A DNA stretch of 64,000 bases, taken from contig CP097971.1 in the NCBI GenBank assembly GCA_023703615.1, positions 726,315-790,314 of the forward strand, written 5' to 3'. The notes beneath the pieces were generated by a model. It did not search any database. It was not told where the DNA came from and was given only the letters and a program-made list of their open reading frames with translations. The DNA is from SAR86 cluster bacterium. Its GTDB lineage: Bacteria > Pseudomonadota > Gammaproteobacteria > Magnimaribacterales > D2472. Each line of letters begins with the position of its first letter. Position 1 is the first letter of the stretch. This document shows positions 50,859-59,645 of this stretch, one piece after another. The position numbers and the translations under genes are program-made.

Positions 50859-51392
50859 TTGCAGATAGCCAAGGAAAATGGAATTCTCATTAAAGTAATA
50901 AATTTTAAGGAATTTAAAAAAAGAAAAGATTTTGATCAAGCATTATTGAATTTCTTGAGTTCTAATGAATTAGATTTAATTGTGCTAGCAGGTTTTATGA
51001 AAATACTCCCAAGAATGATAACAGATAAATTTAAAGGTAGAATTGTTAATATTCACCCTTCAATATTACCTAAATATCCTGGAACTCAAACTCATGCAAA
51101 GGTTATGAAAAATAATGATAGATTCCATGGTGTCAGCATTCATTTTGTAAATGAAATTTTAGATTCTGGACAATTAATTGCGCAAGGAATAATTAATACA
51201 AAGCCAAATCAATCTGAATCAAATTTAATTAAAAGAATTCATAAAGTTGAGCATTTACTATATCCAAAAGTGATTAAATATCTATGCGAAAACAAAATTT
51301 ATCTTGAAGATAATAAAGTTATTTATAATTTAGAGAATGAAACCTATAATCAAAAAAAAAATCTAATGTTGGTTAAATATAATGAAATATAA
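50859..51392 (+). CDS. purN: Phosphoribosylglycinamide formyltransferase PurN, N-terminally truncated by about 31 residues (possible pseudogene)
   Basis: The catalytic part is present (LAGFMKILP, NIHPSLLPKYPG, HGVSIHFV..LDSG). The frame is open only from 50811, and the first homologous residues (LIISDNPEALGLQIAKENG) align to about residue 32 of E. coli PurN. The VLISGxGSNL loop is absent. The only canonical start is the TTG at 50859. Confidence 0.7.
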   Translation: MQIAKENGILIKVINFKEFKKRKDFDQALLNFLSSNELDLIVLAGFMKILPRMITDKFKGRIVNIHPSILPKYPGTQTHAKVMKNNDRFHGVSIHFVNEILDSGQLIAQGIINTKPNQSESNLIKRIHKVEHLLYPKVIKYLCENKIYLEDNKVIYNLENETYNQKKNLMLVKYNEI

Positions 51393-52062
51393 ATTATTTT
51401 TAATTATTTTTTTAGTTTTTAATATCAAAGCTAATGAAATATTACCCTATGAGGCTAAATATAAATTCTCTTCTGATCGAATAACAATAGTTGGTATTAG
51501 AAAACTTGAAATCAATAATGAAAACAAAACACTCAGCTTTAAAGCAAGAAATGCTGTAGCTTCGCTTTATTTTAATTCTACATTTTTATTTAAAGATGAT
51601 TATATAACCTCTGATTTCTATGAGATTAAAGTTAGGCCAAAGTTTGTAAATAGGGATCAAAAATTATCATTCAAAAATAAAAAAGACTTCATAAGTTCTG
51701 AAGGTAGAGATGAGTGGGATAAATCTATAAGTTCTAAATTAGAAATTCTTGATCCTCTTAATGCTCAAATACAAATTAGATTAAATGTTATGAAAAATAA
51801 AAAGAATTTTTCTTTGAACCTTATAGAGTTAAAAGATGGAAACGTAAAAGAAAATTTTTATAGTATTGTCAGAGAAGAAAAGTGTAATTTCGATTCTAAA
51901 GAGTTAAATTGTGTTGTTGTTAAAAGAATCAGAAAAAATGAACAAAGAGAAACTACATATTTTCTCGTAAAAGAATTAAATCACATGTTTCTTAAAATTA
52001 TTGACATTGGTCCAGATCGAACGGACACTTTAACGCTCGAAGAATTATTAAGTCTTGGGTAA
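51382..52062 (+). CDS. Secreted hypothetical protein (DUF3108-like neighbour of purN, uncertain)
   Basis: 226 aa with signal peptide [17 protein letters not shown]. The start overlaps the purN stop. Confidence 0.45.
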   Translation: MKYKLFLIIFLVFNIKANEILPYEAKYKFSSDRITIVGIRKLEINNENKTLSFKARNAVASLYFNSTFLFKDDYITSDFYEIKVRPKFVNRDQKLSFKNKKDFISSEGRDEWDKSISSKLEILDPLNAQIQIRLNVMKNKKNFSLNLIELKDGNVKENFYSIVREEKCNFDSKELNCVVVKRIRKNEQRETTYFLVKELNHMFLKIIDIGPDRTDTLTLEELLSLG

Positions 52063-52617
52063 TGTTACTCCCGTTTGTCCTTGATATTTACCACCCCTAT
52101 CTTTGTAACTTATTTCACAAACTTCGTCAGATTCAAAAAACAACATTTGCGCAACTCCCTCTCCTGCATAAATTTTTGCTGGCAAGTTAGTTGTATTTGA
52201 GAATTCTAAGGTTACATGGCCTTCCCATTCGGGTTCTAAAGGTGTCACGTTTACTATAATTCCACATCTTGCATAGGTTGATTTACCTAAACATATAGTT
52301 AAAACATTCCTTGGTATTTTAAAATATTCTATAGTTCTCGCCAAGGCGAATGAATTAGGCGGAATAATACAAACATCAGAGGTAACATCTACAAAACTTT
52401 TCTCGTCAAAATGTTTAGGGTCAACAACTGCTGAGTGAATATTTGTAAAAACTTTGAATTCATTGGAACAGCGAACATCATAACCATAACTGGATACACC
52501 ATATGAAATTAATTTATTGTTACTATCATCAACCCTAACTTGATTCTCTGAAAATGGTTCTATCATTTTTTTTTCAGAGGACATCTTTCTGATCCATGAA
52601 TCTGATTTAATCGACAT
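52048..52617 (-). CDS. dcd: dCTP deaminase
   Basis: 189 aa: [24 protein letters not shown], and LEFSNTT..P.KIY..EG.AQ. Confidence 0.93.
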   Translation of the reverse strand: MSIKSDSWIRKMSSEKKMIEPFSENQVRVDDSNNKLISYGVSSYGYDVRCSNEFKVFTNIHSAVVDPKHFDEKSFVDVTSDVCIIPPNSFALARTIEYFKIPRNVLTICLGKSTYARCGIIVNVTPLEPEWEGHVTLEFSNTTNLPAKIYAGEGVAQMLFFESDEVCEISYKDRGGKYQGQTGVTLPKT

Positions 52618-53203
52618 TTAAATTTACTCTTCCTTGGATTGCTCTTGCAATTGTATTGCCATCTACATACTCTAACTCTCCTCCAATAGGAATACCATAA
52701 GATATTCTTGAAATCTTAATATCTTTTATGTGATCTTTTATGTATATAGCAGTTGCATCTCCTTCAACTGTTGAACTAGTTGCTATTATTATTTCTTTAA
52801 CATCAGAATTTTTAATATTTTGTAATAAACAATCTATGCCTAACTCCTTAGGACCTACTCCATCTATTGGTGATAATCTTCCCAATAAAACAAAATATTT
52901 ACCTTTATATCCTCCTGTAGATTCTATAGCTAAAACATCAGAGGGATTTTCTACAACACAGATGCATCCGTTATCTCTTGATTCATCTCTGCAAATTTTA
53001 CATAAATTGTTAGAGGTTAACATTCTGCAATTTTCACATCTAGATATATGCTCGAGTGAGTCTTTAATAGTGTCTGCGAGAATTGAAGCGCCGTCTTTAT
53101 TTTTATCTAGTAGATACAAAGCCATTCTTTGTGCTGATTTTTTTCCAACACCAGGCAGAATAGTTAAAGCATTTATTAATTCATTTAATAATTCACGGTC
53201 CAT
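52607..53203 (-). CDS. recR: Recombination protein RecR
   Basis: Hh[14 protein letters not shown], zinc finger CENC...CKIC, and the Toprim segment [14 protein letters not shown]. Confidence 0.95.
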   Translation of the reverse strand: MDRELLNELINALTILPGVGKKSAQRMALYLLDKNKDGASILADTIKDSLEHISRCENCRMLTSNNLCKICRDESRDNGCICVVENPSDVLAIESTGGYKGKYFVLLGRLSPIDGVGPKELGIDCLLQNIKNSDVKEIIIATSSTVEGDATAIYIKDHIKDIKISRISYGIPIGGELEYVDGNTIARAIQGRVNLNVD

Positions 53204-53204
53204 C

Positions 53205-54776
53205 TTAATTAATAGGTTTTATTGAATCATCAACGATTCGTCCGTCAATTTTTTTTAAAAAATTTTGAATAGTTTCGTCATTTTTAATATTTTCTTCTGC
53301 TTGTTTGGTATTGATTTCGTTTTGTATTTTCTTTTCATTACCTGGAGATATTTCGCTATTTCCTATTTCTAATTTAACTCCAATCTTTTGATCTAGTTTT
53401 ATTGAACATTCTTGCTCGAATTCTTCAACAACCTTAACTGGTATATCTAAAAAATCCTCTTCAGCTTCAAGAAAAATTTCATTATTTTTATATTCTTTGA
53501 ACGATAATTTACTAAAGTAATTAGTTGCAAAGACCGATAAATTTAATTTTTCAAATAGAATATTCCATTCCTCATGAGAATTTATTTTTAAATCATTTTG
53601 TCGTTTTTTAGGTTTTATTTCATCAACTTTTTTATTAATCCCTCTATTACTTATTGGATTTTTTTTTTCAATTCTTGTAGCATTTTTTTCTTGTGAAATT
53701 GTATTTATAGGATTAAATGCTAGCATTCGTAAAATACATATTTCCAGTGCTTCTTTTGGACTTGGATGCACATTAAACTTTGAATACGCATTTACCGCAA
53801 TTTCATACAATAATTGACAAAATTCTTCATCTACTTGTTCTGCTAAATTTTTTATCAAGTCATCGTTAGAGTTTTTTAAGATTTTTTCTATAGATAGTTT
53901 ATGAATAATTGAAATTATATTCTTTAAAATTACTTCATACTCTGGAGAAAGTTCTTCAATTTTATAAAAACTATTAAAAGCTTTTTCTCCATCGCCTATA
54001 AAAATTGACTCAAGCATTTCAAGTATAAAAGAGTCATCAATAGTTCCCAAAAGATCCTTTACATCTTTGTTATTTAGCTCTCCGTTTCCATGTGCAATTG
54101 CTTGATCAAGCAATGTTAAACCATCTCTAACAGACCCCAAGGCTGCTTCAGCTATTAAGCTTAGGCTTTCATCATCATGCTTAACTTTTTCAGATTTCAT
54201 TATTTTTTTGAAATGATCAGTTAATTCATCCTTGGATACTGTTTTTAAGTTCAATTGCAGGCATCTTGACTGAACAGTTTTCGGAATATTTTCAGGATTT
54301 GTAGTAGCAAAAATAAAAATTACGTGAGCTGGTGGTTCCTCAAGAGATTTTAATAAAGCATTAAAACTGCTTTTTGATAACATATGAACTTCATCTATTA
54401 AATAAATTTTATACCTTCCATTTGATGGTTTATATTGAATAGTATCTAAAAGCTCCCGCATGTCATCAACACCAGTTTTTGATGCCGCGTCAACTTCTAA
54501 GAAATCAAGATGTCTACCAATTTTTATTTCATTACAATTATTGCACTCATCACATGGAACAGATACTGGTGATTCTTTTGATGAGCAATTCAAACACTTC
54601 GCTAATATTCTCGCAATTGTTGTTTTACCAACACCACGTGTGCCGGCAAATATATATGCTTGATGAATTCTCTTATGTTCAATTCCATTTGAAAGAGCTT
54701 TTACAATATGATCCTGTCCAACTATTTCACTAAAATTTGTTGGTCTATATTTTCTGGCTAAAACCTCATACGACAT
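53205..54776 (-). CDS. dnaX: DNA polymerase III subunit gamma/tau
   Basis: YRPTNFSEIVGQ, Walker A GTRGVGKTT, zinc module CLNC..C..C..C, and SRC motif VQSRC. 523 aa. Confidence 0.93.
   Translation of the reverse strand: MSYEVLARKYRPTNFSEIVGQDHIVKALSNGIEHKRIHQAYIFAGTRGVGKTTIARILAKCLNCSSKESPVSVPCDECNNCNEIKIGRHLDFLEVDAASKTGVDDMRELLDTIQYKPSNGRYKIYLIDEVHMLSKSSFNALLKSLEEPPAHVIFIFATTNPENIPKTVQSRCLQLNLKTVSKDELTDHFKKIMKSEKVKHDDESLSLIAEAALGSVRDGLTLLDQAIAHGNGELNNKDVKDLLGTIDDSFILEMLESIFIGDGEKAFNSFYKIEELSPEYEVILKNIISIIHKLSIEKILKNSNDDLIKNLAEQVDEEFCQLLYEIAVNAYSKFNVHPSPKEALEICILRMLAFNPINTISQEKNATRIEKKNPISNRGINKKVDEIKPKKRQNDLKINSHEEWNILFEKLNLSVFATNYFSKLSFKEYKNNEIFLEAEEDFLDIPVKVVEEFEQECSIKLDQKIGVKLEIGNSEISPGNEKKIQNEINTKQAEENIKNDETIQNFLKKIDGRIVDDSIKPIN
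53659..53668 (-). other. A10 homopolymer in the dnaX sense strand (candidate ribosomal/transcriptional slippage site)
   Basis: The sense strand reads att GAA AAA AAA AAT cca at codons about 370-373. Both shifted frames stop within 2-4 codons (..SNK* or ..IQ*). Confidence 0.3.
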
Positions 54777-54797
54777 AGCAAGGAATCATAACATGTA

Positions 54798-55241
54798 CTA
54801 ATTAAAAACTGATTCAATTTCTTTAAAAGTAAAACCACGATTTTGTAAAAAAGCTTTTTGCTTAAGTTGTATTCTAAAATCAGCATCCTTTTGTGTTTTA
54901 AACTTTTTATTAAATGCTTTTTTTGCAACTTCTTCCCAATTGCTTTCATTAGAAATTATTTTTGAATAAATCGATTCATTTACCCCTTTGTTTGATAATT
55001 CAAATGCAATTTTTTTAGATCCGAACCCTTTTCGTTTTCTACTAAGAACATAAATCTCAGTAAACCTCTCATCATTTAATATATTATTTTTAGATAATTT
55101 TTCTATGACTAGTTTGATATTTACTGATTCACTAGGAAATCTTATTAAAAGTTTTTGATTTATTTCTTCCTTAGAATGTTCTCTTCTAGAAAGGAGGTCT
55201 AGTGCTTTATTATAAATAATATTAAATTCTTCAGTCATCAA
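54798..55241 (-). CDS. recX: RecA regulator RecX
   Basis: 147 aa with three-repeat helical pattern: ALDLLSRREHSKEEINQKL, NDERF, GFGSKKIAFELSNKGV and FLQNRGF. Confidence 0.82.
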   Translation of the reverse strand: MMTEEFNIIYNKALDLLSRREHSKEEINQKLLIRFPSESVNIKLVIEKLSKNNILNDERFTEIYVLSRKRKGFGSKKIAFELSNKGVNESIYSKIISNESNWEEVAKKAFNKKFKTQKDADFRIQLKQKAFLQNRGFTFKEIESVFN

Positions 55242-55696
55242 TCAAATGGTATTACTCTGGACTTACCATTTCTTTTTATAATCCTAACTTTTTGATTTAC
55301 TGAATAAGAATAGCTACTAACTTCTTGAATAATTGAGATAAATTTACCAGCATCTGTCTCAATAAGTAACTCAACGCCATCTTTTTTAGTTGCTGCAGAA
55401 CCTACTTCTGATCCAATAGCAGAACCAATTAATGCTCCAACAACTGAAGCGATATCTGATTCTGGATCAGAATCAGTTACATTATTACCAACTGCTCCAC
55501 CAATAACAGCTCCTGTTAATGAACCAACTTCTCTATCTCCTTCAATTGTTACATTTGTAATATCTTTAATTACACCAAATACAACATATTGTTGTTTTTG
55601 AGCATCTGATCTTGAAACTACATCTGGCTGAAGTGATGTATTTACGCAGCTAGTTGTAAGTGAAGTTAGCAATACTAAACATAAATATTTTTTCAT
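55238..55696 (-). CDS. SlyB/Pcp-like outer-membrane lipoprotein with a glycine-zipper segment
   Basis: Lipobox LTTSC. Architecture as in SlyB: a Q-rich segment, a Gly-zipper (GAVIGGAVG...GALIGSAIGSEVG), then GVELLIETD. Confidence 0.7.
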   Translation of the reverse strand: MKKYLCLVLLTSLTTSCVNTSLQPDVVSRSDAQKQQYVVFGVIKDITNVTIEGDREVGSLTGAVIGGAVGNNVTDSDPESDIASVVGALIGSAIGSEVGSAATKKDGVELLIETDAGKFISIIQEVSSYSYSVNQKVRIIKRNGKSRVIPFD

Positions 55697-56088
55697 TAAC
55701 TTTTCTCCATATTTGAAAAATTTTTAATAAGATCTTTTGTAATAATATAATAATTTCTATCTTTATCTGGTCCATCTAAAAGCCTTACTTTTACGATTTT
55801 TTTATTATTTTTGTAATCTAGTATCTTAACTTTATTTCCAGTACTTAGTCGTACTAAGTTTCTTGAATCAACAACCGAAAATGTATCCCAATCATTAAAG
55901 GCTCTAGCCTGATATGTATTGAAGGCATCGCTAGGCATATAATATAAAACTTCACTTGAAGATATTGAAGCTTTGTTGCTTTTTGTAATTAATTTCCATA
56001 TTTCATCAACTTTAGGATAAGTATCATCGTCACCTAAAGATGGCAGTGAAATAATAAGTAAAAATGTTAACAACCGTCTTGTTTGCAT
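55696..56088 (-). CDS. Hypothetical secreted protein
   Basis: 130 aa with signal peptide MQTRRLLTFLLIISLPSLG. Its stop overlaps the start of the SlyB-like gene by 1 nt. No family recognised. Confidence 0.4.
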   Translation of the reverse strand: MQTRRLLTFLLIISLPSLGDDDTYPKVDEIWKLITKSNKASISSSEVLYYMPSDAFNTYQARAFNDWDTFSVVDSRNLVRLSTGNKVKILDYKNNKKIVKVRLLDGPDKDRNYYIITKDLIKNFSNMEKS

Positions 56089-56164
56089 ATTATTTTAGAC
56101 ATTAATGTTGAAAAAAAGTTCACTATTATAATATCTGATTATTAAGAAAAGTTAATACTTCATA

Positions 56165-56193
56165 TTGAAAAAATGCATTTTATTCATACATAT
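56165..56193 (+). promoter_or_regulatory. Candidate sigma-32 (heat-shock) promoter of ibpA
   Basis: TTGAAA (56165-56170), a 14-nt spacer, then CATACATAT (56185-56193). Compare the E. coli consensus CTTGAAA-N13-15-CCCCATNT. The -10 is AT-shifted, so the match is only partial. Confidence 0.35.
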
Positions 56194-56231
56194 TAAATGA
56201 GGGCGCTTTAAAGGTTCTCATTTATATAAAC

Positions 56232-56276
56232 AGCATGCCTTCGGGATGCATTTTTAGTCGCTTAAGGAGGACTATT
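56232..56276 (+). promoter_or_regulatory. ROSE-like RNA thermometer in the ibpA 5-prime UTR
   Basis: Hairpin 1 is AGCAT(G)CC-TTCG-GGATGCT, with a UUCG loop and a bulged G (56232-56251). Hairpin 2 is TAGTC(G)CTT-AAG-GAGGACTA (56255-56274). In hairpin 2 the ROSE anti-SD motif U(U/C)GCU (here TCGCT) pairs with the SD AAGGAGG and the G is bulged. Confidence 0.45.
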
Positions 56277-56729
56277 ATGATACTTAACTTTACAGATCCA
56301 TTTTTCACAACACGTGTACTTGGTTTCGAACCATTATTTGATAGATTACAAAGACATTCTGAGAATTCAGATAGGTCTTCAAGTTATCCACCATACAACA
56401 TTAGAAAAGATGGTAATTTATTTGCTATTGAGATAGCTGTAGCTGGATTATCAAAAGATGATATACAAATAGAACTTGCTAATGGAGCTCTGACTATAAG
56501 TCATGAGGGCCCTAATACTGAGGTTATTAATGGCAAGGAAGAGGTTGTTTATCAAGGAATTGCTCAACGTGCATTTAAGCAACAATTCACACTTGCTGAA
56601 GATGTTGTTGTTCAAGGTGCAGAATTGGTAAATGGTCTTCTTGTAATTAATTTAGAGAAATTAATTCCTGAAGAAAAAAAACCAAGGACAATTGAGATTA
56701 AAACACCAAAAAAAATACTAGGTAAGTAA
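56277..56729 (+). CDS. ibpA: Small heat-shock protein (Hsp20/alpha-crystallin family, IbpA-like)
   Basis: YPPYNIRKDGNLFAIEIAVAGLSKDDIQIE and the alpha-crystallin core. ATG 56277 lies 6 nt after AAGGAGG; the ORF-track start at 56235 is upstream of the SD. Confidence 0.9.
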   Translation: MILNFTDPFFTTRVLGFEPLFDRLQRHSENSDRSSSYPPYNIRKDGNLFAIEIAVAGLSKDDIQIELANGALTISHEGPNTEVINGKEEVVYQGIAQRAFKQQFTLAEDVVVQGAELVNGLLVINLEKLIPEEKKPRTIEIKTPKKILGK

Positions 56730-56751
56730 ATTATTTAGAATTTGAATCATT

Positions 56752-56780
56752 GGGGACGCATAGCGTCCCTTTTTATTTTT
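56752..56780 (+). terminator. Rho-independent terminator after ibpA
   Basis: GGGACGC-ATA-GCGTCCC (56753-56769), followed by TTTTTATTTTTTT. Confidence 0.72.
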
Positions 56781-56800
56781 TTGTAATGTAATATGTGCTT

Positions 56801-58783
56801 ATGAGATTAATTAAATTACTTCTTATTCCTTTTCTTTTAGTAAATGTTATTAATGCTGATTATGTTGATACAGGTCATGCAAAAGTATCAATTGTTAAGC
56901 AAAATGCCTTTTTTGATGAAAATAATGAAATTTTTGTTGGCATTAAAATGGATATGCAAAAAAATTGGCATACCTACTGGAAAAATCCAGGAGATTCAGG
57001 AGGTCCATTAACTGTAGAATGGTCTTTTAAAACATCAAATAATCAACTAGTAACAGCATCTGATACATTTTGGCCAAAACCAAGTTTAATTCCATATCCA
57101 CCATTAATGACATATGGGTATTCTGATTTTGTTATTTTTCCCTTTAAATTAAAAAACACAAATATTTCTAATGACTTCTATCTTGAAGCTAATATAAATT
57201 TTTTAATATGTGATGATATATGTGTTCCTGAATCAGCAACTGTAAAAACTAATTTTAGTGACATAAGTTTAGATAACAATCTTGCAAAATGGATTAATAT
57301 GGTTCCAGCGAGCACTCTCCCAATTGTTGCTAAAGTTAAGAATAATATATTAGAAATTAGGTTTTCATTTAATGAAGATATTGAGGATATTCATTTTTTT
57401 TCTGACGATCAAAATTTGACCGCTCACTCAAAAATACAAAATCTTAAACAAGAGGAGAACAATTGGCTTCTTGAAGTTCCACTGGCAAGTTTAGAGGTTA
57501 AAGATAAAATTTCAGGAGTTTTAAATATTAATTCTAATGAAACTTTTTTAATTGATTCAAATATCGAACAAATTTCTTTAGATACTTCAATATCAATTTT
57601 TCAAGCTTTATTATTTGCTTTAATAGGTGGCTTGATATTAAATTTAATGCCATGTGTTTTCCCAATAATTTCTTTGAAGGTCTTGAGTTTTGTCTCCTTG
57701 GGTGGAGATTCGGCAGGTAAAATTAGAATACATTCTTTTATCTTTTCATTGGGTGTTATTGCAACATTTTTAATAATTGCTGGTGTTTTATTGTTCTTTA
57801 GAACAATTGGTGAATTTGCTGGATGGGGTTTTCAACTCCAATCTCCAGTCATTGTTGCTTTTTTGTGCTTATTGATGTTTATTATCGGCTTAATACTTTT
57901 ATTAGATATTAATATTGGAACTAATTTATCAAGGTTGGGTTCAATAGGATCTAATGACTCATCATATTTTAGTTCCTTTATGACAGGTGTGCTGGCTGTA
58001 GTAGTTGCATCACCATGCACTGCACCATTTATGGGTGCAGCAATAGGCTACGCTTTAATTCAACCCTCATTAATAACGATACCTGTTTTTTTATCGCTGG
58101 CTCTAGGCTTTGCAGCACCTTACTTAATTCTTGGGTTTAATCCTGCTTTAATTTCAAAGATGCCTAAACCTGGTGAATGGATGGTCACTTTGAGAGAATT
58201 TTTAGCTTTTCCAATGTTCGCTACTGCTATTTGGTTGTTATGGGTATTTAGTCTTCAAACAAATTTGAATTCTTTGGTTTCTCTAATAATTAGTGTATTT
58301 ATAATTAGTTTTTTGACATGGATATTTATAAAAGTTAATAAGCAAATCTATAAAGTTTTACTCATAGTCTTTGGACTTATACTTCTTAGTTTTCAGATGA
58401 CTCAAATAAATTATGAAAATAAAAGTAATGGTGAAAATATTCTTACTGAGGGGAATATTATTTGGGAAAAAGATATTGAACAAAAATATAGGGCAGCTAA
58501 TCAATCTTATTTAATTAATTTTACCGCAGCATGGTGTATTACATGTCAAGCTAACGATAAAGTTGCTTTATCAAGAAAGGCTGTAAAAGACTATTTAAAA
58601 GTTAATGATATTAATTATGTTGTTGCAGACTGGACCAACAAGGATTCTGAAATACTTGATGTGTTAAGTAGTTATGGAAGAAGTGGGGTTCCTTTGTATG
58701 TATTTTGGAGACCAGGTATGCAAGATCCTTTAATTCTACCAGCTATTCTTACCGAACAAATTTTGTTAAAAAATTTAAAATAG
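56801..58783 (+). CDS. dsbD: Thiol:disulfide interchange protein DsbD
   Basis: Periplasmic N-domain, a TM core with NLMPCVFPIISLK and VVVASPCTAPFMG, and a C-terminal thioredoxin domain with WCITCQ. Confidence 0.9.
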   Translation: MRLIKLLLIPFLLVNVINADYVDTGHAKVSIVKQNAFFDENNEIFVGIKMDMQKNWHTYWKNPGDSGGPLTVEWSFKTSNNQLVTASDTFWPKPSLIPYPPLMTYGYSDFVIFPFKLKNTNISNDFYLEANINFLICDDICVPESATVKTNFSDISLDNNLAKWINMVPASTLPIVAKVKNNILEIRFSFNEDIEDIHFFSDDQNLTAHSKIQNLKQEENNWLLEVPLASLEVKDKISGVLNINSNETFLIDSNIEQISLDTSISIFQALLFALIGGLILNLMPCVFPIISLKVLSFVSLGGDSAGKIRIHSFIFSLGVIATFLIIAGVLLFFRTIGEFAGWGFQLQSPVIVAFLCLLMFIIGLILLLDINIGTNLSRLGSIGSNDSSYFSSFMTGVLAVVVASPCTAPFMGAAIGYALIQPSLITIPVFLSLALGFAAPYLILGFNPALISKMPKPGEWMVTLREFLAFPMFATAIWLLWVFSLQTNLNSLVSLIISVFIISFLTWIFIKVNKQIYKVLLIVFGLILLSFQMTQINYENKSNGENILTEGNIIWEKDIEQKYRAANQSYLINFTAAWCITCQANDKVALSRKAVKDYLKVNDINYVVADWTNKDSEILDVLSSYGRSGVPLYVFWRPGMQDPLILPAILTEQILLKNLK

Positions 58784-58872
58784 TATATTTAAACAATTCT
58801 GTGACAATATAATAAAACTTCATATATCTTTCAAAAAAAGTCTATAATTCTTTTATAGGGAGAATTATTAAT

Positions 58873-59568
58873 ATGAATCAGTTTGTATTATTTGGTAATA
58901 CACATATCTTAACAATGATATTAATAATCTCTATTGCAGTGTTTTTGCCTAAAATATATAAAACAAAAAGTCAGGAAAGTAAGGCTTTGATGTCCAAAAT
59001 AATTGCAGGTATAGTTTTTGCTCATATTATTACTTCGCCTTATAAAGATTTATATCTTTTAGAAAATCCATACAGCTGGAAAGAAGTTTTGCCTTTTCAT
59101 ATGTGTGATTTATCTGAAATATGTATAGTTTGGTTTTTGCTTGGAGGACCAAAAATTTTATACAATTGTGCTTTCTTTTGGGGACTTGCTGGTGCCACTA
59201 TGGCAATAATTACTCCAGATCTTTTATATATTGATTTGGATTACTTATATTTTATGATCGGGCATGGAATGATAATTGTAGGTGTAATGTATGCAACAAT
59301 TGCATTAAATAATAGACCTTATGCAAAAGATGTTTTTTCAGTTATCTTAATTACTTTATTTATTCTGCTGCCTATTACATATCTAATTAACTATTTTTTA
59401 GGTGAGCCAGCAAATTTTTGGTATTTAATGGCAAAACCTGATGGCGCTAGCCTCATGGATATGTTTCCAGATCCTCCATATCATTTGCTTGTCACAACAC
59501 CAATTGCATTGACACTTTTTTATCTCTTATATCTTCCCTATCTAATAAAAGATAAGACTTCCAGATAA
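58873..59568 (+). CDS. Integral membrane protein, YwaF/TMEM164-like family (TIGR02206-type), uncertain
   Basis: 231 aa with about 7 TM helices. The LPFHMCD motif resembles the lPlhlC signature of that family. Confidence 0.45.
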   Translation: MNQFVLFGNTHILTMILIISIAVFLPKIYKTKSQESKALMSKIIAGIVFAHIITSPYKDLYLLENPYSWKEVLPFHMCDLSEICIVWFLLGGPKILYNCAFFWGLAGATMAIITPDLLYIDLDYLYFMIGHGMIIVGVMYATIALNNRPYAKDVFSVILITLFILLPITYLINYFLGEPANFWYLMAKPDGASLMDMFPDPPYHLLVTTPIALTLFYLLYLPYLIKDKTSR

Positions 59569-59645
59569 ATTTTCTTATTGTATTTTGCTAAAGTGTTGTT
59601 AAAACCATTAAAATGCATCATATTATTTAAAAAAACATAACAGTT

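Noticed and set aside
52740-53225. 161-aa plus-strand ORF antisense to recR. Similar long antisense ORFs occur at 61421-61897 (158 aa), 59807-60127, 19935-20249, 36129-36413 and 54479-54733.
   Set aside because: Each is fully nested opposite a gene with strong family motifs. They have low-complexity Ser/Leu/Ile-rich translations, no RBS and no recognisable domain. These are typical shadow ORFs in the antisense codon-phased frame.
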